64,000 bases of DNA from Sphyrna mokarran (lineage: Eukaryota), in assembly GCA_024679065.1 (NCBI GenBank), contig JAGIQG010000014.1:49724001-49788000 (forward strand). Reading direction: 5' to 3'. A program made the position numbers and the translations under genes. The first letter of the stretch is position 1, and each line of letters begins with the position of its first letter. The notes beneath the pieces were generated by a model. That model saw nothing but the letters and a program-made list of their open reading frames with translations, had not been told where the DNA came from and searched no databases. Below are positions 12,280 to 25,035 of the stretch, piece by piece.

Positions 12280-15200
12280 ATGATGATTACCATCCCTCAC
12301 CACGCGAATTGGAACAGGCAAGGGGCAGAGTATGGGAAGGTCCATTGACCGCAGGGGGCTATAGCAGCAGCCCTTGAGAACATGGCCCAGTCACAAAGGA
12401 TCATAACTGAGGGTTTGCAGAATGTGGCTCAGTCTCAGACGGTACTTGTTGCGGCCGTTGAGAGGAATCAGATGGTCATCACAGAGGGGTTGACAACAAT
12501 GGGTAGGACACAGGTGGTTCTCCAAGTCTAGCAGTGCCAGGTAATGCCATAACTTCTCGAGCTCACTGCAGAAGCACTGCCATCCCGTGGAATGACCCAG
12601 GGGCCCACAGGATCCCCAAGGAAGGAGGAAGGGCTCAAACCCATGCCGGGGATTTCCAGCCAGGAGACTGTGGCTGTGGCTACATCTTGTGACAGCTCTC
12701 TTCCTGACACTGGGGATCTCAGGGACAGTGGGATGAAGAGAGTGTCATGGAAACATTCCAGGAAGCTCGCCAGGCACCTGAAGGTCCAGGGCCTCAGCGG
12801 ATGCCCGCCATAGTCATCACAGGCCACGGGCATGGTGGGCAGCTGGCCCCCTCCACCTCCGATATACATTCTGGGGAGTCACTGAGACATATTGGTAGAC
12901 CACATATGGTTAGGAAATTGTAGTTGCACTGAGCTGGCATGTATGAAGGTCGGAATTAGTTAGAAAATAATTTAAGCACCTGAACGTTTTCTGTTCACAA
13001 GTTTTTTTTATATAATACACTGCCTGATTTAAATACCTTGATTGCAATTAAATGTTTTTCTTGGGTAGAGATTGAGTTTGCCATGTGGAAGCTCAAGTGT
13101 AACTGCGAACAGTTCAAGGACGATGATGGCATGTTGAGAGTTATTAAAGACAGGGCAAAGATGATGGAGGGAAGATCGAAGATGATGCTTGGAAGGTGAA
13201 GACTGATATTTGGCAGCGCCAGGGTAATAGTGGGAGTGTTGAAGGACAAAGCTGTAACAGTAGGAAGAAGTGGCTAGAAACTAGGTCAGGAGGGCATGAC
13301 GGGGTGTGTAGAGATCAGGGTGTGGTTGATGCAAAGAAATTGGATCCCCATTAGTCCACAGGTGAAAAGTAGGACTAAGGGCCAATGCGGAAGCTGCTGA
13401 CCATATTTTTTTCTTGGGTTTAGTGCATCACATGTTTTGAAAGCTGAGGTGTAGAAGGCAAGTAATTTGCAGAGGAAGCTTTGGACCATATGTGACCATG
13501 GCCAGAAGACACCAAAAGTTGTCTGCTCAAAATGCAGACAACCATGAGCCAGTATGACACCAAGCAATGGTACACAATCAAACATAGCACAAGTGAAGAA
13601 AGTACCTGCAAATATCAGAGAGGCAATCTCAAAGGTAGCTGAAAATGTCACTGCAGCCAAGCACTGACTTGCATCAGCTCCTTCCTGATGACCTAAATGG
13701 AATGAGAGGCAATTCAATGCCAGTAGCCGAACAAGTCACTGCAGCATTGAATTTCCATGCCAGCAGATCATTCCAGGGATCCACGGAGAGGGATATGTAT
13801 GGCATCTTGCAGGCAGCGGCACATCTGTGTCAGGGAGCTCATCCATATCCGATTCAAAAGGACCAATGAATTGTGAGATTCACCACAGAGCCTGAGAGCC
13901 AGAGCTGGGGCTTTGAGTCCATCACAGTCATCATGTGTACGTATGTGATGCTGAGAGCTGTCTGGAAACAGACAGCAATATTCAAAAAGAATATCAAAAA
14001 GATTTTCATTCTATCAAATATGTAGCTGGTTTATGATTACTGTGAAGTAACCCTGTAGGTGTGTGCTCGCTTCCCATGGAGCTTTCAGGAGTTGTACATC
14101 TTCAGTTATTCTCAGATACTATAACTGGATGTTCAACACCACACTCCCCCCCCCCCAACCCCCCACTCTCACTGCACATCTGCAGGAATGGCTCCTGGGG
14201 CTATCCACTTAAGACTTCATTCATGACACCTGTGAGGAATCTACAACACCCGGGAAAGGAGAGGCACAATTCCCACTCCTTTGACGAAGGCAGTAACAGA
14301 ATAGACCATTGGACGGCTGAAGATCAGGTTCCATTGCTTGGAAACGCTAGGGAAAATTTCACAAATCACTGTGATCTGCTGCACCCACACACCATCATAT
14401 AGCAAAGGGGTGAGAAATTGTCAACCATGGAGATGAAGAAGACAAACTCATTGTCTGAGGGTAGTGAAAGGAAAGAATCATTTGAATGTGCATGAAACAT
14501 GGAGTGGTTCCTTCTGGAGTTGCCAGGATGATGGATAGATATGGGAAGGAGGCCTGACATACTTAATGAAACCCATTCTCACCCAGAGTGAAGCTTCTGC
14601 GAGACCTGTCAATCACAGCCTTTTGAAATGTCATTGTGAATATGCAATTAGTTTGGGCAGACTCCCTCTATTGAACAGCTCTGCAATCACTGGCACCTAG
14701 ACAGGGCTTTACCAAGAGCATTCTGTATGCAGGGCATTATCAAAGCTACACACATTTGGAAAGATGTTGTGGATGCTTCATAATCACACACTCCAGATCC
14801 TGGAACTATCTTTGAATAAATGGAATGCTTCGGGTACAGAAACAATGAAGACAATAGCTACTCAGGGGAGATACGGGGTAGGGTTGGGTGGGAGAATACG
14901 TGTCATATGCTGGCTTGTTAACAATGTTCTAATCCCATGAAATAAACTTTGAGAAATACACAAACCTCTATCTCGCAGTGAATGCAGACAAGCAACTATA
15001 TGTTGGCCATCCCAAAGCTTGCAATGGCTATAACTTTCCTTCAACCATCAGCGATGGCCAATGGTGCAGCATGACCTTACAACCTATCATCTGGTCCGAC
15101 AAGTCCCAAAACATGGCCAATGAACCCATATAAGGAACGTTGTAAAAACAATAAATTTACAAATAGCAGTTAAATGCCATTGAATGGTTTAACACTCATT

Positions 15201-15330
15201 ACATCTTAATGCCTGTTTTCTTGCTCTGCGCTTTGGTGTGACCCTGATATTTGCAGCTGAGGTGGGCACAGCCTGCTGAGTTTACAACTCATTACTGAGA
15301 TGAACCCAATGGTCCAAGGCCTGGGCTCTG
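12280..15330. mobile_element. Decayed PIF/Harbinger transposon region
   Basis: Contains the transposase relic below and a heptad-repeat stretch (IAAALENMAQSQRIITEGLQNVAQSQ) at ~12360. Outer boundaries are uncertain. Confidence 0.55.
13590..14500 (+). pseudogene. Harbinger/HARBI1-like DDE transposase pseudogene
   Basis: MPVAEQVTAALNFHASRSFQGST...GILQAAAH (13645 ORF), CARFP and GYPLKTSFMTPVRN (14061 ORF) match DDE_Tnp_4/HARBI1 motifs; frameshifted. Confidence 0.85.
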
Positions 15331-15377
15331 GCCCATTGACAGTCTCCTGGACTAATGCAGATGCACCCTACCCAGGT

Positions 15378-15495
15378 TGAGTTCTGATGGAAGGCCACAG
15401 ATCTGAAACAATGCCTCTGTTCCTCACTCCACAGATGCTTCCAGAATCTGCAAAGTATTTCCAGCACTTTGGTTTCCAGCATCTACAATATTCTC
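15378..15495 (+). mobile_element. Penelope-like element terminal repeat fragment
   Basis: ttctgatggaaggccacagatctgaaac...ctccacagatgcttccagaatctgcaaagtatttccagcac; similar to the arms at 22425-22635. Confidence 0.7.
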
Positions 15496-15703
15496 CCTCT
15501 GGATTCTTATCACTGGTAGATTTGCCTTTTCTCATTGAATTTTTGCTACGTGCTGTGGTCAATTTGACATGTTGGATTGAAGTATAGCATTGATGGAGCT
15601 AAATACAGCCATTTTATCGATACATGTGTCATTGTGAAGCACATTTAACTTTTTTTAACATCATGGTTGGTTTATACTTAATGCAATATTGTTCTCTGAC
15701 AGA

Positions 15704-16000
15704 AAGACCATAAGACCGTAAGACATAGGAGCAGAATTAGGCCACTCAGCCTATTGAGTCTCCTCTGCCATTCAATCATGGCTGATATTTTTCTCACCCC
15801 TATTCTCCTGCCTTTTCCCCATTAACTCTGATCCCGTTATTAATCAAGAACCTATCTATCTTTGTTCTAAAGGCACTCAATGACCTGGCATCCGTAGCCT
15901 TCTGCAGCAAAGAGTTCCACAGATTCACCACTCTCTGCCTGAAGAAGTTCCTTTTTATCTCTGTTTTAAGGGTCATCTCTTCAGCCTAAGGCTGTGCCTT
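15704..16000 (-). mobile_element. CR1 3' fragment
   Basis: agaccataagaccgtaagacataggagcag tail; homologous to 60278-60645. Confidence 0.85.
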
Positions 16001-16547
16001 TTTATTTTGTATTTTATTCTTCGCACAAGACAAAACATAGTTTCATTCATTTGCTTTCTACCAAAGGTATCGCAATGTCAAAACAAAAAATCAATAACAT
16101 AATCCAAGAAGGCCTTTACAAGAATTAGGTCCACGGTCGTGCAAATACTGCTACTTACTGTGCCTTGAATTCTCCTAAGATGCAATATGGTACATAGCAT
16201 CAGAGGCTGATTGAAATACACCGGCAGTCAGGAAATACTGAGAATTCCCACTGGAACAAAATATTGACAGGAACACAGGTGGCTGTTTAACTTTAGAGAG
16301 AAATATTAACAAGAATATATTACAAATAAATTTTAGCTTCCAAAGTTCTACTGTAGCCGTTAATTGTTCATTAAATCCTTTTACAATGTCAGTCTAATGA
16401 GATCAGATGTCACGAGTAGGTTTTAGAATCGCTTGAAATATGCTCACACACTCTGTATTCTTTCAATAATAGACAGAAATTTGGAAAGATTAGCCATGCC
16501 ATGGAATCCATTTTCTGCTGAAATCCCCAGGCAATTGTGGTGTAATT

Positions 16548-16685
16548 TTTCTTTATTTGTTTTATGGGATGTGGACATAGCAGGCTGGGCCAGAATTTAT
16601 TGCCCATTCCTGTCTGCTCTCCATTTCAAAGAGCATTTAAGAGTCAACAACATTGCTGTGGTGTGGAGTCACATGTCAGCCAGGT
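16548..16685 (-). mobile_element. 3' part of a tRNA-derived SINE (family of 19405-19750)
   Basis: atttaagagtcaacaacattgctgtgg...gagtcacatg is the reverse complement of 19610-19655. Confidence 0.65.
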
Positions 16686-16786
16686 ACAATTATGCCTACA
16701 GATATGGTCAGTTACATGGGTGTAGTCAATCAGACTGGTTGAGGATCAACCTCAGTATGTCTCCTATCATGTAGCATCATGTAATA

Positions 16787-16955
16787 GTAAGAAGTCTCAC
16801 AACACCAAGTTAAAGTCCAATGGGGTTATTTGGAATCACAAGCATTTGGAGTGCTGCTGCTTCATCAAATGATGATTTGTAATCCAGCAATTAGTAATCC
16901 AGAGACTCAACTTCTTATTGTGCCTATCCCAGTCCAATGCCGGCATCTCTAATCA
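16787..16955. mobile_element. Penelope-like terminal repeat pieces in inverted arrangement
   Basis: aagaagtctcacaacacc...ttatttggaatcacaagc (-), followed by cttcttattgtgcctatcccagtccaatgccggcatctc (+). Confidence 0.65.
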
Positions 16956-18039
16956 TAGCCACCATATAATACATAACAAGCTGCACCCAGTATTCTTCTG
17001 AAGAATTATTCAGTAAAACGGCTTATGTTTGGCACAACACAGACCAAACACCTGTTTCTCTCTCTATAGATGGTATCTAGCTTGCCAAGTATTTCTACCA
17101 TTTTGCTATTTATACTTCAGTTTTCCATCCAGTTTTTGGCCTTATGTAACAAAATGGTTAGTCAGATCTGCAGGTATTCAGTGCCATCAGGCCTCAACTT
17201 GCCTTATCAGTTGAAGTTAAAATGGTCATTCTGTCAAAAAGAATGGGCGTGTGAGCACTGCCAAGTGGGTAGAACCATCAATCAACTTTCTACAACCTAT
17301 CCTGCTTGTCATTGCTTCAGGGACTTCTCCTCACTGTCTCTCATAGGGAAAATTTCCTTTGGGAAATTCACTGGTGACAGCAATGACACCAGATACAAAT
17401 TGGAAATGCTTGGCACAAACAAGCTAAGTTCCAGATAAATTAAAAATGATTTTAAAAATCTGTCAACTTTTTCTCAAAACAGCAAACAACATTTACCTTT
17501 TGGCCACTAGGATTTGTCTGGATGGCTAATATGAACCACACAGATCACCCACGGTTGCCTGAAATGACCCTAAGCCATACAAACTGAGCTTGTATGGCTC
17601 AGTTACCTTTACAGCTGTGGAGAAAGCTGTGCAGGCAAATGAGCATGGCTACCGGTCCAAACGATCCTTCTGCCTCTTTGATGAAATTCATTGCTGTTAT
17701 GCACAACTCATCAGGAAGCTCCTTAAATGAACTGTGCTGCCTTTAAGGTCTTGGTATACAGGCTAAATCCTCCTTATAGGTAGTGTGAGGCTCTTCACCT
17801 CTATCCTGTGCTGTAGAAGTCTATATTCAAATCTTGAGACTTCTGTAACTCAGACTCATCACTTGTGCATTGATTCTGACAGCCGCTGTACCTGGTTACC
17901 CAGAGTCTGTTTGGAATGCAAAGACATGAAATTCCATGCTGCTGTCCCGTTGGCCCCCACCCTGACATTTTTACAGATGAGGCCAGCCTGGACTCAGCAG
18001 ATGGATCAAAGGAAAATTCAAAAACTGAAAACACTTCAC

Positions 18040-18205
18040 CTTAGTTCTCTGCCCAAAGGTAATTTCGATCTAGGGCACTGCGATCTCCGTGATAGATGAG
18101 GCAAGGCAGCATATCTGAATTCACCCCTGCCAGAATAAGGATTGAACCCTATGTTGTTGGCACCAACCCGATCCACATCAGCCATTCAGCCAACCGAGTC
18201 AACCA
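18040..18205 (-). mobile_element. Decayed tRNA-headed SINE
   Basis: Minus strand begins ggttgactcggttggctg with B-box-like gggttcaatcc. Confidence 0.5.
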
Positions 18206-19404
18206 TGGAGTTTTGAGTTGCTGGGGCAACTTGCATTGTTGTTGAATATGAATACAAAAAGACAGCAATTGTACTGAGGTATCTCAGTACATGCTATATG
18301 GAGGGAAGTTGAATTCTATTGCACTTTTTGTAATTTTACACTAAGAAAGGTTTCCCCCAGGCTGACATGGAATGAGGATTGAAAATATCAGAAGATTTAC
18401 AGTTGTATAGAGTGAAACACACCGTATGGATACAAATCGAGTTATGTGACACTTTACGTATTTTTTAAGTTGAAATGTTTTGCAATAGACTCTTACAAAT
18501 TGTATTGTTGAAGAATATTTTTTGGAAAACAGAACATACACATTGAATAGTGATGGTGGAGGCTCCAGTTTTCCTTTCCATTAGATGGTTGACCAGGAAT
18601 CTCTTCTGCTCTCACCAGTTGCCACATAGTGGAAGAATTTACAAGTTTCTACTCAACCTGTAGAGAAGGGATGTAAGTAAGCCCAGAGCTTCATGTTGAG
18701 AGACAGGGACACTATCCACTGTGCCACAAACCTTCAACTGAGAATGCTTAAGAGAATCATTTTAATGGCAGAGATTGGCTTGGAATGTTTTACATTTAAT
18801 AATCCTGCCTTAATTAACTTCCTGCACCATTTATGAACCACTAACGCAGTGAGGATGAAGAAATAGCTCTTTTTTTTGTGGATAAGTTCCCATTACATTT
18901 TGGTTCTGTGCTGATAGCCAGCCTAACATGAACTGTAGAAAATCTGGCTTGCAGCTTAAATTTAAAGACAAGTAGTTGTAGATGGAGTTAAATATCATTC
19001 AAGATGGATTTTAGACACTTGTTATGCCAAGGATTGAGCCTGGGAAGAAGGGTAGGAGTGCCAGGCCTCACAGAGTTGGAAATAAATGTTTTGTAATTCA
19101 AGAAAGAATCAACCCTAAATGCCTACAAAGGTTAGTGTACTAATGAAAAATAAGAAATTGCAGTACACTAAGGCAAAATATTCCAACTTTCCAAATGAGA
19201 AGCAAATCTTACTTTGAAGAGGTAATTCTTGCAGGCCAGATCATCTACACACTGCCTGTGGGTTTCATAGGAGTGCACACTTCTATTGATGAGAAACAGT
19301 CCCGAAATCCAATATAGATGAATTTGTTTGGCAAAATTGTGCTGCTCATTGGCAGAAATCCAAGAAACCAGCACGTAACGAACAGTGAAATAATTGCCAA
19401 GTCA

Positions 19405-19750
19405 CTTGGCTATAATCCAGAGGCCCTGATGACATGGGTTCAAATCCCACCATGATAGGTGATGAAATTTAAATTCATCCACAAAGATCTGGGTGAAAGC
19501 ACATCTCAGCAATGATGACCATCAAACTGTCATTGATTGCAACAAAAAGCAACCAGTTCATTTATGTCCTTTAGGGAAGGACATTCGTTACCCTTCAATT
19601 GCCTGAGCTTCATGTGATTCCAGGCGTACAGCAATGTGGTTAACTCTTAACTACTATCTGATATGGCCCAGCATTGGCACTCAGTTCAGTGCAATTAGGA
19701 ATGGGCGACATGGCATGATCTTGCCAAACATGCACAACTTATCAAAGTAT
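19405..19750 (+). mobile_element. tRNA-derived SINE with LINE-shared tail
   Basis: B box gggttcaaatccc; body atgtcctttagggaagga; tail gcaattaggaatgggc also ends the LINE at ~56810. Confidence 0.7.
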
Positions 19751-19884
19751 AAAGAGAAAAAACTTCACTTTCACATTCTTTGTACTTTATACTAATGTAA
19801 TATATTTTATATTACTTATATTGCTCCTAATGAAACCATTCCATTAGAACTACTTTTAGCTGTGACTAAGCTCAGGCTACAAAA

Positions 19885-21506
19885 TGAAGGCACCAATGCA
19901 CCCCACCCCAATGAACTCAATGTTTTGCAGGCCAGGTTTTGTCCGTTTTGAGCAACAGGCCAAATGAACTTGTATCCGAGGTCACCATTGCAGATGTCGG
20001 AGTAACCTTCTTGAAAGTCAACCCATGGAAAGTGACTGGTCCAGATGTGGTACCTGGACATGCACTCAGATCTTGTGTGGACAAGCTGATGGAGGTATTT
20101 GCAAACATCTTCAACCTCTCTTCATTTATACCAATCTGAAGTCTGTATCTGCTTCAAGAAGATGACTATCACTCCAGTACCAAACAAAAGCCAGGCAGCA
20201 TGCCTTATTGACTATCATCAGTGGCTCTGACATCCATCATTATGGAGTGCTTTGAAAAGCTAGTCATAGTATGAATCAATTCCAATCTCCTGGATTGCCT
20301 GGATCCACTACAGTTTGCCTCTGCTGCAACTGATCCACAGCGGACACCATCTCCTTGGCCCTGCACTCAACCCTGGAACACCTAGATAACAAAGACACCT
20401 ATGTCAGAATGCTGGTTATTGACTACAGCTCTACCCCAATATTTCTATGAAACTCATCTCCAAATTCCATGGCTTGGGGTTCGGCTCCTCCCGCCGCAAC
20501 TGGATGCTCAACTTTCTAACCCACAGACTGCAATCAGTAAGGATAGGCAACAACACCCCCTCTACGATCATCCTCATCACCGGTGCCCCACAAGGCTGTG
20601 TCCTTAGCCTTTTACAATATTCCTTATACATCTATGATTGTGTGGCAAAATTCCCCTCCAACTCGAGTTTCATGTTTGCTGATGATACCACCATAGTGGG
20701 TCGGATCTCAAACAAATATGAGACAGAGTACAGGAAAGAGATAGAGAATCTGGTGAAATGTTACAAAAACAATAACCTCTCCCTTCATGTCAACAAAACA
20801 AAGGAGATAGCCATCAACTTCAGGAAACATAGTGGAGGACATGCCTCTGCCTACATCAATAGTGATGAAATAGAAATGTTTGAGAGTTTCAAATTTTTAG
20901 GTGTCCAGACCACTAATAACCTGTCCTTATCCCTCCATGCCAACACCAAAAGTTAAGAAAATCCGCCAACACCTCTACTTTCTCAGGAGGCTAAGGAAAT
21001 TTTGCATGTCTGCTACGACTCTCACCTACTCTTATAGACGCACCATAGAAAGAATTTTTTTTGGTTGTATCACAGCTTGGTATGGCTTCTGCTCTGTCCA
21101 AGATGGCAATAAATTATAAAGGGTCGTGAACTAAGCCCAGTATATCATGCAAACCAGCCTCCCATTCACTGACACTGTCCACACTTTGTGCTGCCTTGGA
21201 ATAACAGCCAGCATAATCAAGGACCTCACGCATGCTGGACATATTCTTTTTCACCTTCGTCTCTTGGATAAAGGAAATAAAAGTCTGATGTGCCAACCAT
21301 CTCAAGAACAGCTTCTTCCCTGCTGTCATCACTCTTTTGAATGAGCCTATGTCGCATTAAGTTGATCTTTCTCTACACCATAGCTATGATTATAACACTT
21401 CATTTTGCATTCCCTCATTTACTTCTCTCTGCTTTTTCTGTATAGCAAGAAACAATACTTTCATTGTATATCAGTACATGTGACAATAATAAATCAAATC
21501 AAATCA
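19885..21506 (+). mobile_element. Rex1/Babar LINE, 5'-truncated, disrupted reverse transcriptase
   Basis: RT motifs KVTGPDVVPG, TGAPQGCVLS, FADDTTIVG, FKFLGV, HLYFLRRLRKF; tail gtgacaataataaatcaaatcaaatc. Confidence 0.92.
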
Positions 21507-22424
21507 ATAATCCTGGCTTTATCTCAACACTGTATTCTATTCTTGGAACCATGAGTTATTCTTGATTCCTAGCCATCTATGCAGTTGATAACAGTCTGTC
21601 TATTATGTTTGGCAAGGTTCTGCAGTTTCTGTAGGGTCCATTAATTCTTATGCCCGCTTTTGCTTCTCCGTTTTTCTCTTCTGTTTTGGTCAATGTAAAT
21701 ATAGTTCTCAACATCAATTGCCTTTTTGTGATGTGTAACCAATTCTAAGGACCCCTTGTAGTATTCCTGCAAACACATAGCAAGAATGATAATGTCTAGA
21801 GTCCTGTACACACATTTACTCTTGATCAAACAATGTGGACGTGGCTATGTCTCTGACAGACTACCTTTTTATGATTCATGAAAACATTGATTTCTTCAAA
21901 AGCAATAACTGTTTCAACTTCAAAAGCAATACATTCACTTCTGTATTGTGGATATCACGCAAGCCAGTCGAAAACCTCTGCCAGCCTACTTGAAAACAGA
22001 ATTTGCCCATAGCGAGAATGCCTGCAATGGCCATCAAAGAAACCCTGTGGCTTTCAGTGGGAGGTTTAATGAAATTCTGCATGACTCCGATGACTGATAA
22101 TTAAACTTGGAAGGAAATAATGTTTTTAGGTGATTTTTTTTCTGCTAATGAAAACATTCACATTTCAACAGAATTATCAGTCCAGCATGATCTGGTATCT
22201 AAAGAGGAAAACATTTGATATAATAAGGGTGATGTTTTAAATCAACTGATGAACAAATTTTTCATTGAACTATTTGAAGTGAGGTTATATTAATAGTTCA
22301 GTAAGTACTTCACTGATCCATTGATTTAAATCACCAGTTTGACTACATCCATATTTTGTGTAAATATACTCTATGCTATATTTGACTAAGTAGATCTAAT
22401 AAGCCTAAAATTAATAACTATAAT

Positions 22425-22635
22425 ATAAATAGAATTTGCTAGAAAAACCTCAGCAAGTCAGGCAGCTTCCCTGGAGACAGAAGTAGAGTTAACTTTTTGA
22501 GTGCAATAAGACTTCTCTTCGGAACTTCGAAAGAGTCTTATTGGACTCAAAATACTTCTGTCTCCATGGATGCTGCCAGACCAGCTGGGATTTTCCAGTA
22601 GTTATTGTTTTTATTTCAGGTTTCCAGTATCCACA
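22425..22635. mobile_element. Penelope-like head-to-head inverted terminal repeats (~200-bp fold-back)
   Basis: Left ggcagc...tggagacagaagta...ttttgagtgcaataagact pairs with right agtcttattggactcaaaa...tacttctgtctcca...gctgcc. Confidence 0.8.
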
Positions 22636-22895
22636 TGAGTCACAATGAAATGGACTCTTGATATAATAAACGCAACTGCATGATATTTGTTTTGCATATA
22701 AAGCAACCGGAAAGAAAACCTGGTCCTCAGATTGTTAAACTGGTGCCAGTGTGTAGCTTCACCTGATGAGAAAACAGGGCGGACAATCCGTATATCGGAT
22801 ATCATACTGATGGTTTTCCAATGAGTGGAAATTAGTAGCTGGAAATTCAGAAGCATTATGAATTGGGCATGCTGAACTCTTTTCCTTGATTTTAT

Positions 22896-23022
22896 GGGGT
22901 GGGATTCTCTGGCCACACTCATCTCAAAACCAGAGAACCGTGCCCGAGGTCAATGGACCTTTGTATGATCCGCAACCCATCCACTACAATTCCTGTGGCG
23001 GACGGAACAGGAGAATCCCGTC
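22896..23022. mobile_element. Harbinger-type MITE
   Basis: TIR gggattctc / gagaatccc; internal ccgaggtcaatggaccttt. Confidence 0.75.
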
Positions 23023-23319
23023 ATTGTTTTTGCTCCTGTCAGACAAGAAGCTGCCAGGAACCAAACCATCCAATTTCAGGACATCAGTGTAAACAAGTTT
23101 GATTTTTTATGTTTTCTTAAAAGAAAATCACATACGTTGGTTACACCATGTAGTGATTTTTCTTTAATTAGATTTAAACCTCTACCACAATGGCTCCTAA
23201 ACCACTTTCCAATGCGAAACCATTTTAACACTTGAAAATTAACGTAACCCCAGATACCAAAAAAACTGACAATAATAACACAGCATAATAAGTCAGTATT
23301 TAATGATTAATGTTGATGT

Positions 23320-23351
23320 ATTATAGATCAACATACATTATAGATCAACAT

Positions 23352-23383
<32 letters not shown>
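23320..23383. repeat. attatagatcaacat tandem duplicate plus (TA)n microsatellite
   Basis: Read directly from the sequence. Confidence 0.9.
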
Positions 23384-23799
23384 GCTCCAACTACATGGAC
23401 GACCTGCCCAACCCAATGCTAATTGAATCCTTTAAGTGGGTAATTAATGCTGTTTTGTTTGTCAACAGCATCCTGGGGTGGATTTGGGGAGGGTGGGAGT
23501 GGGGAGGAAGCAACTCATTCAGAGACACGCAGTGCCTGATTGAAGGACCTGCCATCAGCAACTTTGGGGGGGGGGGGGGGGGGGGTACTCTTACTCTTCT
23601 GACCTTGCTGCTTCCACTACTGCCCGCACGCCACCCCATCTCCAGCCAGCGAGTCCCAACCAATGATCACATCCCATCCTCTCTCAGCAGTGACTTGGAT
23701 TGCTTGGTGATCCTAGGCCTCGGTGAGTGCATTAATGACAGCAGCCATCAGATTCCCAGTGACACTAAAGAGCTGCCTCTGATTATCGTAAATCATGAA

Positions 23800-24100
23800 T
23801 GAAGCCCAGTTCATCACTCAAACCAACTCCCCATCAGTTGACTCTGTCTATACTTTCTGCTGCCTTGGAAAAACAGCCAGCATAATTAAGAACCCACACA
23901 CCCCAGACATACTCTCTTCCACCTTCTTCTGTTGGGAAAAAGGTACAAATGTCTGAGTCACATATAGAGTCGCAAAGTCACGTCCCAACCGACTCAAGAC
24001 TTTTGAATGGACCTACCTCACACTAAGTTGAACTTTCTCTACACCCTAGCTATGAATGTAACACTCCATTCTGTATTCTCTCCTTTCCTTCTCTATGAAC
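23800..24100 (+). mobile_element. Rex1/Babar 3' fragment
   Basis: Homologous to 21130-21430 (gcccagt...ctgccttggaaaaacagccagcataat). Confidence 0.85.
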
Positions 24101-24104
24101 GGTA

Positions 24105-24465
24105 TAAACGAGCTCCAGGAGGGCACAGGAAAAGTTCAAAAGCACCCTCAAAGTCTCCTTGAAATAGTGCAATGGCCCCACCCATACCTGGGAATCCCTG
24201 GCCCAAGACTGCCAGAAATGGAGGAAAAGCATCCTGGAAGGAGCTGAACATCTCAAGTTTCATTGCCAAGAGTAAGCTGAAGATAAGCATCAACAGCAAA
24301 AGGAGCACATAGCAACTCAGGCACCCTTCCTGTTCCTCCAACCATCATCTGCTCCACCAGTGACAGAGACTATAGGTCTCCTTAGTAATCTGAGAACACA
24401 TTTTTAATGTGGAAGCGAGTAATCCTCGATTCTGAGGGACTGCCCAAGAGTAAGACTATGATGTT
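24105..24465 (+). mobile_element. RTE-clade LINE 3' fragment
   Basis: Encodes STLKVSLK*CN..THTWESLAQDCQKWRKSILEG, an RTE C-terminal motif; tail atcctcgattctgagggactgcc. Confidence 0.75.
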
Positions 24466-24604
24466 CCATACATTTAAAGCTTGAAGACAACCCTATAAGA
24501 TGAAGAGCATCTCTGTACTTGATAGAAAAGAAAATGCCAAAGTTTGAATGAAAATGAGAAATAAATATTTGAATTGCTTTATGTTGAGTGAAAGTTGTCA
24601 ACTG

Positions 24605-25035
24605 TGGGCTTTGTGGTAGTGCTGTCACCTTTGAACCTGAAAGTTATAGGTTCAAATCCCACTCAGGAGATTTGAAGACATAATCTAGGCTGGCACTTTT
24701 ACTCAACATTGATGATGTGCTACACGATCAAAAGTACTGTCTTTGGACAAAATGTTAAACTGAGGATCTCTGGCCTTTTTGGTTCAAAGACAAGATGAAT
24801 TGAGGCAACTTCAAAGTTGGCCAGGATAGTTCTGCCATATCTCAGTTACCATCACAAAAAAATAGGCAATTTGATCATTTTTGCATTGCTGTTTAAAGGA
24901 TCTTGCCGTATTCTTATGGACTGTTTCACTTCCCACATTCAGAAACATGCTTCAAAGTGCTTCAATAGCTGGAAAGTGCTTCAGGACATTCTGTGATTGT
25001 GAAAAGTACTATGTAAATGTACATTTCTTGCTTCT
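24605..25035 (+). mobile_element. Deu-domain SINE (SacSINE1/AmnSINE1-like), near full length
   Basis: Head ggttcaaatcccactc; cataatctaggctg; aatgttaaactgagg; cattgctgttt; tail gtgaaaagtactatgtaaatgt. Confidence 0.7.

Noticed and set aside
13590-14500. Domesticated HARBI1 gene
   Set aside because: Multiple frameshifts and stops indicate a dead transposon copy.
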